A stretch of DNA of 64,000 nt from a virus (lineage: Duplodnaviria; Caudoviricetes). The notes beneath the pieces were generated by a model that was given only the letters and a program-made list of their open reading frames with translations, made no database searches and had not been told where the DNA came from. Position 1 is the stretch's first letter. Each line of letters begins with the position of its first letter. Below are positions 10,502 to 20,572 of this stretch, piece by piece. The stretch is from the IMG/VR virus record IMGVR_UViG_3300042922_001473; one strand, written 5' to 3'. Both the position numbers and the translations under genes were made by a program.

Positions 10502-11368
10502 ATGAAAACATTAGAGTGTTCATTGCTGGGCGATAAAAACTTTTCTTCACATTATGCAAAGGTAAAAGTATCAGGCATAGTTGATACAATAGAAAGACAT
10601 TATCAATTATGTAAAAGGTTTGTAACTGAAGAAGGTATATTTGCACCCCAAAAAGAAGAATATTCATATGGGAAAGAACCAGATTTTTTCATTATAAACG
10701 AAATAGAATTTCCTAAAGAATATCTTCATTATTTTTATACAATGCTTTGGGTTAAGTACTTTAGCAGTAATCCTGATTTAATATCATATGCTTCTAATTA
10801 TAAATATTTTTCAGATGCAAGTAATGAGGATGAATTAAATATTAAGTTAGATATAATTGAGAAGTATGTAAAAAAAGGCAGAAGTTCTTTAATTGAAGAT
10901 TGTGAACCATTTTTAAAGGTTTTAAGAAATGAAACAATGGCGGTTGAAATACATAGCGATATATTTAATTCAAATAAAAACATTATCGTTAATTTAGTTA
11001 ATTGTAAAGGTATTATGGATGATGAATTTTCTTTGGAAATAAAAAAGAAAAACCCAACAGTTTATGAAGATTATTTCTTTTTATGTAAACAATATAACTA
11101 TGGTCGTTACAACATGGGAGTATGTCAGCTAATTAAAATAGATAATATCAGTTATATTGCCAATTTATTTATAAAAGAAGAAAATAAATATTCCATTATT
11201 GAATATACTTATTTAGAAAAAGCATTAAGAAAATTAAAAGAAGAGGCTAAATCTAAATATCTATCTATTGCAATAGCTAAAGTAATTTTCACATCAGAGA
11301 ACTGGGATACATCAAAGAGTATCATTGAAGAAATTTTTAATGATTACCCAGTTACAATATTTAAATAA
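10502..11368 (+). CDS. NADAR-like N-terminal domain fused to DarG/TARG1-like macrodomain (both with altered motifs)
   Basis: N-term LECS..GDKNFS..YAKV..TIE.HYQLCKRF..LW.KY..NPDL; C-term SDIF..IVNLVNCKG.M..IK...P..Y..Y..IANLFIK..LEKAL..SIAI..W...IIEEIF. Confidence 0.65.
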   Translation: MKTLECSLLGDKNFSSHYAKVKVSGIVDTIERHYQLCKRFVTEEGIFAPQKEEYSYGKEPDFFIINEIEFPKEYLHYFYTMLWVKYFSSNPDLISYASNYKYFSDASNEDELNIKLDIIEKYVKKGRSSLIEDCEPFLKVLRNETMAVEIHSDIFNSNKNIIVNLVNCKGIMDDEFSLEIKKKNPTVYEDYFFLCKQYNYGRYNMGVCQLIKIDNISYIANLFIKEENKYSIIEYTYLEKALRKLKEEAKSKYLSIAIAKVIFTSENWDTSKSIIEEIFNDYPVTIFK

Positions 11369-11523
11369 TAGTAGTAAAAAGTTCTTTAGATTATTAAAGA
11401 ACTTTTTTTTGTAAGAAAGTGTAAGGCATCATTTTCCTTATATTTTTAGAATGTAAAAATATAATATATAAGATTTAAAATACATAATAAAAAAAATTAT
11501 AAAAATATAAGGGGGAAATAGAG

Positions 11524-11739
11524 ATGGATGAAAAAGAGATTATAAGAGTAGCATTAAGTAAGGAGCATATAGGATATACTTTAGCAAAGGATATATATAG
11601 AGTTGACGACATATTAATACTTAATGAAGGTACGGAATTATCAGAAACAAAAATTGAGAGACTTCTAAGATTAGAAATAAATTATGTATATGTATATAAG
11701 GATAAAGAAAATTTAAATGATAAAATAGTTAAATGCTAA
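11524..11739 (+). CDS. Stand-alone N-terminal module of HD-GYP phosphodiesterases
   Basis: G..LAKDIY..ILILNEGTELSETKIERL..LEINYVYV matches the N-terminal module of clostridial HD-GYP proteins; no HD domain. Confidence 0.55.
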   Translation: MDEKEIIRVALSKEHIGYTLAKDIYRVDDILILNEGTELSETKIERLLRLEINYVYVYKDKENLNDKIVKC

Positions 11740-11811
11740 TAAAAAAAAGAAAGCCTAAGCTTTCTTTTTTTATAGATTTACCAGTGCTATTCAAATGTAA
11801 TTTAAGTGTTG

Positions 11812-11988
11812 TTACCCAATGAAATGATACCCTTTTTTCATCGGAATTTCAGATAACTCAATATCGTCACTATTACCTTCAGGCATCAATGATTTTGCTT
11901 CATCTTCCGAGTCTGCAAATATAACTCCACAAGTTACAACCGTATCACCAAACAGTTCAAATTTTTCTCTATATCCAAATGCTTTCAT
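11812..11988 (-). CDS. Small hypothetical protein (58 aa; not in ORF track)
   Basis: MKAFGYREKFELFGDTVVTCGVIFADSEDEAK...; directly downstream of thyA. Confidence 0.55.
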   Translation of the reverse strand: MKAFGYREKFELFGDTVVTCGVIFADSEDEAKSLMPEGNSDDIELSEIPMKKGYHFIG

Positions 11989-12014
11989 TCTTCACCCATT
12001 AGTTCCTAATGTTT

Positions 12015-12869
12015 TTAAATTGCAATAGGAATGTTTTTAATTTGTGCTCCTTTTTCATATCCTTCAAGTTTAAAGTCATCTACTGTGAAATCATAGAAGT
12101 TTTTAACATCAGGATTGATAATTAATTTTGGAGCACTATACTCAGGTCTTTCTATTAATTCCTTCACATAATCAATATGTCTATCATAAATATGTGCGTC
12201 TACTATTTTATGAACAAGTTCTCCTACTTGAAGACCACTTGAAATAGCAAACATATGAACCAAAATTGCATATTGAACAACATTTATTCCATTGGCCGCA
12301 AGCATATCTTGTGAGCGTTGATTAAGAACAGCATTTAATTTACCGTTTTTTACATTAAACTCCATACCATATGCACAAGGGTATAAAGCCATTTCATTTA
12401 AATCATGATGGTTAAATATAGAAGTAACCATTCTTCTGTTATGAGGACTGTTTTTTAAGTCAAATAACACTCTATCTACTTGGTCAAACCATCCTTCTTT
12501 ATACTTATGTTTTACTCCTAACTGATATCCATAAGCTTTACCTATTGTACCGTCTTCTTTTTTCCATTCATCCCATATATGGCTATTTAAATCACTTACT
12601 TTATTTGATTTTTTCTGCCATATCCATAGTATTTCATCTATTGCAAGTTTAAGTGGAACTGGTCTGACAGTCAATATAGGAAATTCTTTAGATAAATCAT
12701 ATCTGTTTATTACACAAAATTTCCCTAAAGCTTTTGCAGGTGTGCCATCTTCCCAAACTGCATAAGTCATATTCCCATTTTTATCCAATCCTCTTTCACA
12801 AGGATACCATTCACCTGTTTCTAAAATTTCATTTACTGTTTGCTTAAATATTTTATCTGCGTTTGACAT
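12015..12869 (-). CDS. thyA: Thymidylate synthase
   Basis: EILW, YGYQ, RRM, MALYPC (catalytic Cys), QRSQD, DAHIY. Confidence 0.96.
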   Translation of the reverse strand: MSNADKIFKQTVNEILETGEWYPCERGLDKNGNMTYAVWEDGTPAKALGKFCVINRYDLSKEFPILTVRPVPLKLAIDEILWIWQKKSNKVSDLNSHIWDEWKKEDGTIGKAYGYQLGVKHKYKEGWFDQVDRVLFDLKNSPHNRRMVTSIFNHHDLNEMALYPCAYGMEFNVKNGKLNAVLNQRSQDMLAANGINVVQYAILVHMFAISSGLQVGELVHKIVDAHIYDRHIDYVKELIERPEYSAPKLIINPDVKNFYDFTVDDFKLEGYEKGAQIKNIPIAI

Positions 12870-12986
12870 TTTACTCTCCTTTTATAGTTATATACTTTTA
12901 CAATATAATAGCATTTTATTTCCTAATTTTTAACTATTATAAAATTATAGTAATAAAAGCTTCAATTTATAATTTAACACACAATG

Positions 12987-13022
12987 TTGACTAATGTCAA
13001 TATATATGATACAATGACTATA
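12987..13022 (+). promoter_or_regulatory. cheX promoter with TTGAC-N4-GTCAA palindrome over -35 and TGACTATA near +1
   Basis: TTGACTAATGTCAA; TTGACT-17 nt-TACAAT with TG. Confidence 0.7.
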
Positions 13023-13046
13023 AATAAAGAAAGGAAGGTTTTTTCA

Positions 13047-13511
13047 ATGAATTCTAAATATGTTAATATATTTCTTAAAGGAACTCAAAATATTTTTAAA
13101 CAAGTAGCTCAAATGGACTTAAATCTGAGTGGGATAAGTGCAAAAACCAGTCCAATAGCATCTAAGAACGTTGTTGTAATGGTAGGTATTACTGGAAAGT
13201 TAAAAGGAACAGTTGCTATAAATATGGATACAGAATTAGCAAAAAACATAGCTTCAAACATGATGGGCGGTATGCCTGTTGAGGAACTTGATGAAATGTC
13301 AAAAAGTGCTATTTGTGAACTTGCAAATATGATTATGGGTACAGTAACAACAGAGCTTTCTGGTATGGGGGTAAATACAGACATAACTCCTCCAACTATT
13401 TTAACAGGTAATAATATAGTCCTTACTATTGCTCAAATGCCATTATTATCTGCAAATTATAAATATGATAATTATGAAGTTGATTTAGACATTTCAATAA
13501 AAGAGCAATAA
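13047..13511 (+). CDS. cheX: Chemotaxis phosphatase CheX
   Basis: VGITG.LKG, MMGG, SAICELANMI.G (E-x2-N), ITPPT; start moved to the ATG after the GAAAGGAAGG RBS. Confidence 0.88.
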   Translation: MNSKYVNIFLKGTQNIFKQVAQMDLNLSGISAKTSPIASKNVVVMVGITGKLKGTVAINMDTELAKNIASNMMGGMPVEELDEMSKSAICELANMIMGTVTTELSGMGVNTDITPPTILTGNNIVLTIAQMPLLSANYKYDNYEVDLDISIKEQ

Positions 13512-13538
13512 AAAAGGACTTGAATAGTCCTTTTTATT

Positions 13539-14204
13539 TTACACAAGTTGCTCTTGAATTTGTTCTATATAGATAAATGGCTCTTTGCAATCTGGTATTT
13601 CACCACTTGGGCTTTCTAACTCCCAATCAAAATACTTACAAATACCATTAGAACTAAAGTAACATTTTCTTTTACACTTAAATTCTCCATCTGTATCTTC
13701 TTGAATACATGGAGTTGGCATCTGTGCATTTTTTTGCTCTTCAACCTTACCATTATGATAAATTATGTCTTTTCTTGAAATTTCTTTAAAAGAAATATCT
13801 TTATCTTCATTAAAGTATTCAAATTTTGCAATATACTTGTTAAAATTAGCTACAAGAATATGTTGTTCTATCTCAATTTCTTTAGCATCTGGATACATTT
13901 TTTCAAATGCTTTAATAACTGAAAGTTCTGCAACATAATCACGTACTTGCCAGTATCTATTTTCCTTAAATTCAAAGAGAATTCTTCCTTCTGAATTTTC
14001 AATGCTTAATATATCACCATTTTTAGAATTCCAAATGTCGTAAACTCCAAAAAAGTATTTACCTAAATTCCATATATTTAAAAAACACTGTTTTGTTTTT
14101 AATTCTTTACATTTTTGATAATTTATTTTTTTACCAAATCTATCATTTTTTATTAAAGAATCTTCACCATTTATGTATAATTTAATAACTTCCAATGTCA
14201 TCAC
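13539..14204 (-). CDS. Hypothetical protein with Cys-rich C-terminus
   Basis: AAGGAG RBS, 221 aa. Confidence 0.7.
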   Translation of the reverse strand: MMTLEVIKLYINGEDSLIKNDRFGKKINYQKCKELKTKQCFLNIWNLGKYFFGVYDIWNSKNGDILSIENSEGRILFEFKENRYWQVRDYVAELSVIKAFEKMYPDAKEIEIEQHILVANFNKYIAKFEYFNEDKDISFKEISRKDIIYHNGKVEEQKNAQMPTPCIQEDTDGEFKCKRKCYFSSNGICKYFDWELESPSGEIPDCKEPFIYIEQIQEQLV

Positions 14205-14376
14205 TCCTTTAAAAATGTTTATAAAATAAACTCCTAATACAAATATTATTAACCTATTATATTTTATAACCTTTTACTTCTTTTTATAATTATTAAAGTT
14301 TTGTTTAGAGACAAATATAAGAAAAAAATGAACCATTCGGTTAATCCGAATAGTTCACTTCATATCTAAGTAAAAA

Positions 14377-14595
14377 TTAATTTACTTTAACTTCATCAAG
14401 TTCAACAATTTGTGAGTTAGAATCTGTTGTTGGTGCTTCAACTTGTATCTGTGCAGGTTGGTTTACCTGTACTCTGCTATGGTTTTTATTATATGCAAAT
14501 ACAGAAACTAACAACATAATAACTAATAATGGATACATTATTAATCTGCTCTTTTTACTCATAGTTATAATCCTCCTTTTACTGTCATTATTCAT
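14377..14595 (-). CDS. Small membrane-anchored or secreted protein
   Basis: AGGAGG RBS before MSKKSR; one hydrophobic segment. Confidence 0.6.
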   Translation of the reverse strand: MNNDSKRRIITMSKKSRLIMYPLLVIMLLVSVFAYNKNHSRVQVNQPAQIQVEAPTTDSNSQIVELDEVKVN

Positions 14596-14971
14596 TATTA
14601 AGCTAAAATTATATCAATTTCAATCTTTATCAATTATTATATTCTAACAAAACTTATTTATAAATATAAAATAGCTTAATGACATCTTACCTAATTAATG
14701 GTAAAAAAGACACTAAAACATTTTTTTAAATTACTCTTCAGAATTCAAATCAAGACTAACACCTTTTACAAGATTATGAAAAATTCCTTTCTTGTTGAAA
14801 TTCTTATATTAGTTATACTTTTGAATTATCAGACAGTTTTAAGAATTATAGTTTCATTATTAAATGAATAAAATAGTAAAAATCAATATATCGGAGTTTA
14901 TTGAAACAAATTACCATATTAGAAAAAAATTAAAAGTATGAAAGACTTTATAGGCTTAAGTGGAGGTAAGA

Positions 14972-15427
14972 ATGTATAAGGAAATAGACTTATTTCTTAA
15001 TGGGATTAAACCTGCTATATTATTTCAAAATATAGGTAGAAAAGAAGAAGTTAAAAAATCTATAATTGATAAATTTAGTAGTATGGGTTTTTATGTTAAA
15101 GAAATAGGAGATTCACTTTTAGTAGTAAGAGATATGAAGCAACTTGAAGAAAAAAGATTGGGCGTAATATTAGGATACTACCCAAAAGCAGTCGATGCTT
15201 TCATGAGTGGGAAAAGACGAGATTCAAAAACTGGAAAATCTGTCCTAATTAATTACTGTGGAATACAATTTAATACTTATGATTATTTTGAAGAATCTTT
15301 AGCTTGGTGTAATGAGGCATATGGCGAAAAAATAAAGAAGATTTTTGGTAAAATAAGTGTTGATAAAATGACTTCGTATTTAAAAGAAGACGGAAAAGTT
15401 GATTTTAATATTGAAGAAATTGTTTAA
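14972..15427 (+). CDS. Hypothetical protein
   Basis: GGAGG RBS; GVILGYYP motif. Confidence 0.7.
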   Translation: MYKEIDLFLNGIKPAILFQNIGRKEEVKKSIIDKFSSMGFYVKEIGDSLLVVRDMKQLEEKRLGVILGYYPKAVDAFMSGKRRDSKTGKSVLINYCGIQFNTYDYFEESLAWCNEAYGEKIKKIFGKISVDKMTSYLKEDGKVDFNIEEIV

Positions 15428-15473
15428 TTTATTAAAAAAGAAGGAATTATATCCTTCTTTTTTAATAGAAATC

Positions 15474-15980
15474 TTAATAATTTAATATTCTTTCACAGTT
15501 ACCCAGTCTTTCACCACAATTTCCACAAGTCTTACCAGCAGTGTCACCCTGAAGATTTTCCTTTTTATAGTCACCATTTTCAAATGTCCATTTAATGTCA
15601 TCATATTGTGTTTCGTTAATAATTTTAACTTCAGTACAACAGTTTTCACAAACTATCATATTATTAATTGAAATAGGTACTTCATAAGCTTCAAAGTAAA
15701 ACCCAAGCATATCTTCAGCCATAATTAATTGGTCAACTCCAGTGCCATTAAGGTGTGGATATAATTCATCCAGATTTTCAGGTTCTTCGAAATCAACATA
15801 AATATCTAAAATATCTTCATTTTCAGTTTCCTTATCTTTACCATATTTTATATCTGAAATTACACCTCTTAATTTTGCATAATCATTATTATCTAAAGCT
15901 AATACACATTGACCTATTTCGATATTACTTAATAATGGATACTTTTTTATTTCTTCATCTGTAAATTTAATATTATTCAT
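15474..15980 (-). CDS. Hypothetical protein with C-terminal Zn ribbon
   Basis: CENC...CGNC. Confidence 0.7.
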   Translation of the reverse strand: MNNIKFTDEEIKKYPLLSNIEIGQCVLALDNNDYAKLRGVISDIKYGKDKETENEDILDIYVDFEEPENLDELYPHLNGTGVDQLIMAEDMLGFYFEAYEVPISINNMIVCENCCTEVKIINETQYDDIKWTFENGDYKKENLQGDTAGKTCGNCGERLGNCERILNY

Positions 15981-16172
15981 ATATATCTCCTTGTTATATA
16001 AAGTTACAATATTATATTAAAAATTTCAGCAAATAATAATTATAGTCTAATTAATATAATTTTTCATTTTAAATTTATTTATTATATTATTAAATCATTT
16101 AATGATATTTTACTTTTGTATTTTTAATATAACTATAGGTTTATGTATTCCGAAAGTTGATTAACTCTATTT

Positions 16173-16643
16173 TTAAGCTATTCGCTTGTTTTCCCTAATC
16201 AACTTATCATTATATATTGATTTTTTATATTCTTCTAAAATTCCAAACATATTAGCATATTTCTCTCCATATTCATCTGCAATATTTTCTAATAAACAAC
16301 TACATTTGTACGCCTCATACTTATCAGTAACATCTAAATGTGCAAATTCATATAAATATTTATAATCAGGAGCATCTTTGCAAGAATGTTCCCAGTGTCC
16401 GAGTTCATGTGCAATAGTTATAAGAGCTTCTAAATAATTTTTAACATAAGTCATATTAATAATTATTTTATTATTCATTTTATTATCGTTATAAATGTAA
16501 AAGCCATAAGCTCCTTGATAATATTCATAATTATAACTTAATTTTAATTCTGGTTTATTTAAAAGATTAAGAGAATTATATTTAGTATATATTTTGTTTT
16601 TATCAGTAAATAAATCTATTAGTAAATTATTTAATATTTTCAT
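16173..16643 (-). CDS. ImmA/IrrE-like zinc metallopeptidase
   Basis: TIAHELGH (HExxH) and E..AD.YG. Confidence 0.65.
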   Translation of the reverse strand: MKILNNLLIDLFTDKNKIYTKYNSLNLLNKPELKLSYNYEYYQGAYGFYIYNDNKMNNKIIINMTYVKNYLEALITIAHELGHWEHSCKDAPDYKYLYEFAHLDVTDKYEAYKCSCLLENIADEYGEKYANMFGILEEYKKSIYNDKLIRENKRIA

Positions 16644-16831
16644 ATATTTATTGCCTTTCTATATATTTTGTTATATACTTTTAATAGTCAATATTAATTA
16701 TAACATTGACTATAGGCAATGTAAATGCTAAATATAATTTCATTGTTATTTATACCAATAAATTTACGTATAATATTTATTATAAAAAAGAATTAAAGGT
16801 GAATAATATTCATTTAAAAAGGAGAGAGCAT

Positions 16832-17110
16832 ATGTATGTTACCGAAAAAGAAAATAAAACAAAAAGAGAAACATTGAAAATATTAACAGTTAAATATGAT
16901 ACTAAGGATGGATTTATAGATATTGATTCAGGGCTTAATGATTTTTGCTTAAGTTATGGGAATGGATATAATGGACATGGCTTACAATGTGTATTTTCTG
17001 GTGAAGATACAAGACACAAAGTAATTTTAGATTTATTAGATGAAGTCTCTGATAAAATTAAAAAGATTTATCAGATTTCAGAAGAAGGTCGAAAAATTTT
17101 TGATAAATAA
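16832..17110 (+). CDS. Hypothetical protein
   Basis: AAGGAG RBS before ATG 16832. Confidence 0.65.
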   Translation: MYVTEKENKTKRETLKILTVKYDTKDGFIDIDSGLNDFCLSYGNGYNGHGLQCVFSGEDTRHKVILDLLDEVSDKIKKIYQISEEGRKIFDK

Positions 17111-17292
17111 CGGGTTTTCTTTAGAAATGTAAACTAAATAATTTCAACAAATATGAGTATGCAGATTTATAATAAACACTGCATACTTTTTATTTTTAGA
17201 ATAAAATTACTATATATGTATAAATGTAATTAATTTGTAATTCATGTAATGTAAAATGTAAAAATCGTTTAAATTTAATTTTATAAATAAAT

Positions 17293-17321
17293 TTGACAAT
17301 AGTCAAGTTTAGAATTATAAT
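17293..17321 (+). promoter_or_regulatory. sigma-A promoter with TTGACAATAGTCAA palindrome
   Basis: TTGACA-17 nt-TATAAT; palindrome covers -35. Confidence 0.75.
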
Positions 17322-17370
17322 ATTTAGGGAACGATTGCCAATTTATCGTTATTAGGAGACTTATACAAAA

Positions 17371-18447
17371 ATGAATGGATTATATTACAAACTAAAATTG
17401 ACTGACTTGTATCCTGATAAAAAAGTAGCAAACTTAAAAAAAGACAACCCAAGGCTTTATAGGGATTTGAGAAGTGAGTGTATTTATAAAGGTATTACTA
17501 TTAATCAATTTTTAGCTAATATTGGATTTGAGTGTATAGATTGTGTAGATTTTACTAATTACGAAGAACAATATAATATACAAAATATAACTTCAAATGT
17601 ATCAATTAACCCCATTAGTGAGGAAGAAGTTGTTTCTGAACTTTTAAAGTTATATCCTCAAAAAGAAGTTTTTATGTTAAAACAACTCGATGAATCATTA
17701 TATTATCAAATATTAAAAAAATGTCAAAAAAATAAAATTAAAACGAATGAATATTTAACAACTTTAGGATTTCGAGTATTAAAAACAAAAGACGAAGCTG
17801 TAAAATCTATTGGAGAAGGTAACTTAAATAATTGTAAATATATTGCAGAAAAGATATTAAAAAATTGTAAAAGTTGCAAAATAGATGAAGAAGTAAAAAA
17901 TCTATTCACATTATTTCAATCGTTAGGAGTTAATATTGAAAAATGCCAGTTCATAACTCCCTTATATAATATTGTTGTAAAAAGAGCCAATGAATTAAAT
18001 ATGGAATTAAACGATTATATAGAAAGTTTAGGTTTTAAAGTCCCTAATACATGGTGTTTCCCTACATTAATAGAACAAATTAGAGAACTTTATCCTGATA
18101 ATATAATAACTGATTTTTCTGCTAATCATGCACTCTATCGAAGAACCTATAATAAAGCTAAAAAAGAAGATATGACTATAGAAGAATATTGTGAGAGCTT
18201 AGGTTTTAAAATATTTCTTAAGTATCCTGGACAATTGAAAAATATGTTATCAAATAAAAATGAGCAAGAAGTAAAAGAATTGGAAATAAAATTGTATAAC
18301 CAAATAGTAGAATTATATCCTGATAAAATTTTGAAAAATATTGAAGAAAGTCAAGTATATCCAGATTTAATTGTATTGTCAGTTCAAAAAAAACAATCAA
18401 TTCAAACTTTGCTTAAAGATTTCGGATTTAATCTTCTGTATGTATAA
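17371..18447 (+). CDS. Tandem-repeat protein (about 5 repeats of ~45 aa, LYP..LY..LGF)
   Basis: Repeats visible in the translation. Confidence 0.75.
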   Translation: MNGLYYKLKLTDLYPDKKVANLKKDNPRLYRDLRSECIYKGITINQFLANIGFECIDCVDFTNYEEQYNIQNITSNVSINPISEEEVVSELLKLYPQKEVFMLKQLDESLYYQILKKCQKNKIKTNEYLTTLGFRVLKTKDEAVKSIGEGNLNNCKYIAEKILKNCKSCKIDEEVKNLFTLFQSLGVNIEKCQFITPLYNIVVKRANELNMELNDYIESLGFKVPNTWCFPTLIEQIRELYPDNIITDFSANHALYRRTYNKAKKEDMTIEEYCESLGFKIFLKYPGQLKNMLSNKNEQEVKELEIKLYNQIVELYPDKILKNIEESQVYPDLIVLSVQKKQSIQTLLKDFGFNLLYV

Positions 18448-18474
18448 AGAGAGTGTAACTCTCTTTTTTTTTAC

Positions 18475-18563
18475 GTGAATAGCCACACTTATGTTAATGC
18501 TTATATATGAGTTCACATGATGTTTAAATTAAGAAGCATGTCTTAATTAGCACAGTATTTGAA
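18475..18563 (-). mobile_element. Orphan, decayed IS200/IS605 right end / omegaRNA
   Basis: Minus strand ...TAAGCATTAACATAAGTGTGGCTATTCAC aligns with ...TAAGCGTTAGTGTAAGTGGTGAGGGTATTCAC ending at 63169. Confidence 0.65.
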
Positions 18564-18638
18564 CATAAAAGAGTTATTTTAAATTATTGATTTCTATATA
18601 ATACATAATGTTAATAGTTTATAATGGAGGGTTGATAT

Positions 18639-19187
18639 ATGGATATAGATGTAACAAATAAGAAAAATTTATGCATCGGAATGTTAGTTGATATAATAGC
18701 TGATGAAGATAGAAATACGCAAAATATTACAAGAGGATATATTACAGAAATAATTACTAAAGATAATAGAGCAAAGAAAATTTCAGTTATTCTTAATAAT
18801 GGAAGGAAAGGAATAGTAAATCACATCATTACTAAAGATGAATTAAAAACAGAAAATTTTAAATTTTACAATTTGTTTTTTTACGATAAAAATATTTATT
18901 CAATTTGGGATAAAAAAGCTAATAAATATTTAGTTATTGAACGTGTGAATAAGAGGTTGGGTAATATAGAAAGAGTAGCGTTTTTATTCAATAACGATTT
19001 AATTGCGAAAGAAATACTTGGAGTTTTAGACAATAAAGATTATATGATAAAAACAATAAATAGAAAAAAACCTATTATTGAAAATTTTAAAACACTTAAA
19101 ATAGATTTTTTTAATATTAATAAAGATAGACGATTGTCTTATGACCGTTTAATAGAATGGGAAAATAAATTTAAATCCATGTGCTAA
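18639..19187 (+). CDS. YwbE/DUF2196-like N-terminal domain protein
   Basis: GMLVDII..ED.....TRGYI.EI.TK...V.L.NG.KG.V. Confidence 0.6.
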   Translation: MDIDVTNKKNLCIGMLVDIIADEDRNTQNITRGYITEIITKDNRAKKISVILNNGRKGIVNHIITKDELKTENFKFYNLFFYDKNIYSIWDKKANKYLVIERVNKRLGNIERVAFLFNNDLIAKEILGVLDNKDYMIKTINRKKPIIENFKTLKIDFFNINKDRRLSYDRLIEWENKFKSMC

Positions 19188-19287
19188 TATATAAGAAAGT
19201 ATAGAACAATTATTGTATTTTAACTTTTCATTAATTATATTACAATTGTCGATGACAGTAAAAATATGAGATTCTGAGGAGGAAAAA

Positions 19288-19872
19288 ATGAGTTTAATAC
19301 CTGTAGTCGTGGAAAAAGAAAAGGGTGGAGAAAGGTCTTGGGACTTATATTCAAGATTATTGAAAGATAGAATTATATTTGTAACAGGAGAAATTGAAGA
19401 TAATATGGCAAGTGTAATAGTTGCTCAACTATTATATTTAGATTCCGAAAATGACAATGCAGATATATATTTGTATGTAAATTCTCCTGGTGGAAGTGTT
19501 ACTGCTGGAATGGCAATTATTGATACAATAAATGTAATAAAATCACCAGTATCAACGATTGGTGTTGGCATGTGTGCATCAATGGGAGCTATGATATTGT
19601 CCCAAGGTGAAAAAGGAAAAAGATATGTATTACCAAATGCAGAAGTAATGATACATCAGCCACTGGGAGGAACAAAAGGACAAGCTACTGATATTAGTAT
19701 TTATGCTAATAATATACTTAAAACAAAAGAAAAATTAGCTAAAATGATTGCAGATAGCTGTGGTAGGCCAATAGATAGCGTCAGACAAGATATGGAAAGA
19801 GATAATTACATGGAAGCAGAAGAAGCTTTAAATTACGGAATTGTTGACCATATTATGAAAAATAAAAAGTAA
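19288..19872 (+). CDS. clpP: ATP-dependent Clp protease proteolytic subunit
   Basis: [21 protein letters not shown] (Ser), MIHQP (His), ERD (Asp). Confidence 0.97.
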   Translation: MSLIPVVVEKEKGGERSWDLYSRLLKDRIIFVTGEIEDNMASVIVAQLLYLDSENDNADIYLYVNSPGGSVTAGMAIIDTINVIKSPVSTIGVGMCASMGAMILSQGEKGKRYVLPNAEVMIHQPLGGTKGQATDISIYANNILKTKEKLAKMIADSCGRPIDSVRQDMERDNYMEAEEALNYGIVDHIMKNKK

Positions 19873-19901
19873 AACAAAAAAAGAGTTGTTTAAACTCTTT
19901 T

Positions 19902-20225
19902 TTAATTATTTGTATTAACTTTCAGTAATGCCAGTTTATATTCAGTATCAAACATGTTCTTACCATTATATATCCAATAAAATCCGTTAGGTGCACTCGT
20001 TATTCCAACTTTTATTTTCCACCCTTCGGGCATCTCATTACATATCCACAGTTTAACAAACATAGTGTTATTTTTTTGCATTTCGAAGAATAACACTGGT
20101 GCTAATAATATAGGTTCTTTTGTAATTATTTCATTATTATCCTTATCTACAAATTTTATTTTTTCTGCTTGCTTATAATCTTCTATTTCCATTAATTCTT
20201 TTACAGTAAATAAAATTCCTTTCAT
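19902..20225 (-). CDS. Hypothetical protein
   Basis: GGAGG RBS before ATG 20225; P.GW...SAPNGF.WI.NG motif. Confidence 0.65.
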   Translation of the reverse strand: MKGILFTVKELMEIEDYKQAEKIKFVDKDNNEIITKEPILLAPVLFFEMQKNNTMFVKLWICNEMPEGWKIKVGITSAPNGFYWIYNGKNMFDTEYKLALLKVNTNN

Positions 20226-20502
20226 ATGTTTACCTCCACTAAATTTTAATTTATACAAATTTATTTAAATTTCAATATACTGTTTAGAAGAAAACTGTAT
20301 TACAAGTTTCTTTGTCTTCTATTAATGAATTAATGATTGTGTGCAATTCATCGCAACTAACTGATTGTAAATATTCTTGACTTTTCTTCATAAAATTCTC
20401 CTTATTAATATGTAATTTAACACCTTTTCTATATTTATAATATATTTTACTAAAATGTTGTTTAAATTATAAATATTAAATTATGGAAATGTTAAATAAT
20501 AC

Positions 20503-20542
20503 TTGATGTTATAGTCGATACATGATATAATATCGACTATAA
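20503..20542 (+). promoter_or_regulatory. Promoter with 12-bp inverted repeat TTATAGTCGATA-N10-TATCGACTATAA around -10
   Basis: TTGATG-17 nt-TATAAT; perfect IR at 20509-20520 / 20531-20542. Confidence 0.7.
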
Positions 20543-20572
20543 GCAACACTAATAGACTACTTGGGAGTTATA

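Noticed and set aside
14329-14358. TAGTTCAC hairpin as another IS605 right end
   Set aside because: Fully explained as the terminator of the minus-strand gene 14377..14595
18472-18484. 13-nt match TACGTGAATAGCC to the tnpB 3' end (~63045) as a TnpB target or duplication
   Set aside because: Not the guide sequence; better explained by the minus-strand right-end relic plus chance
19288-19872. ClpP as a phage prohead protease
   Set aside because: Canonical housekeeping-type sequence; no portal, terminase or capsid neighbours
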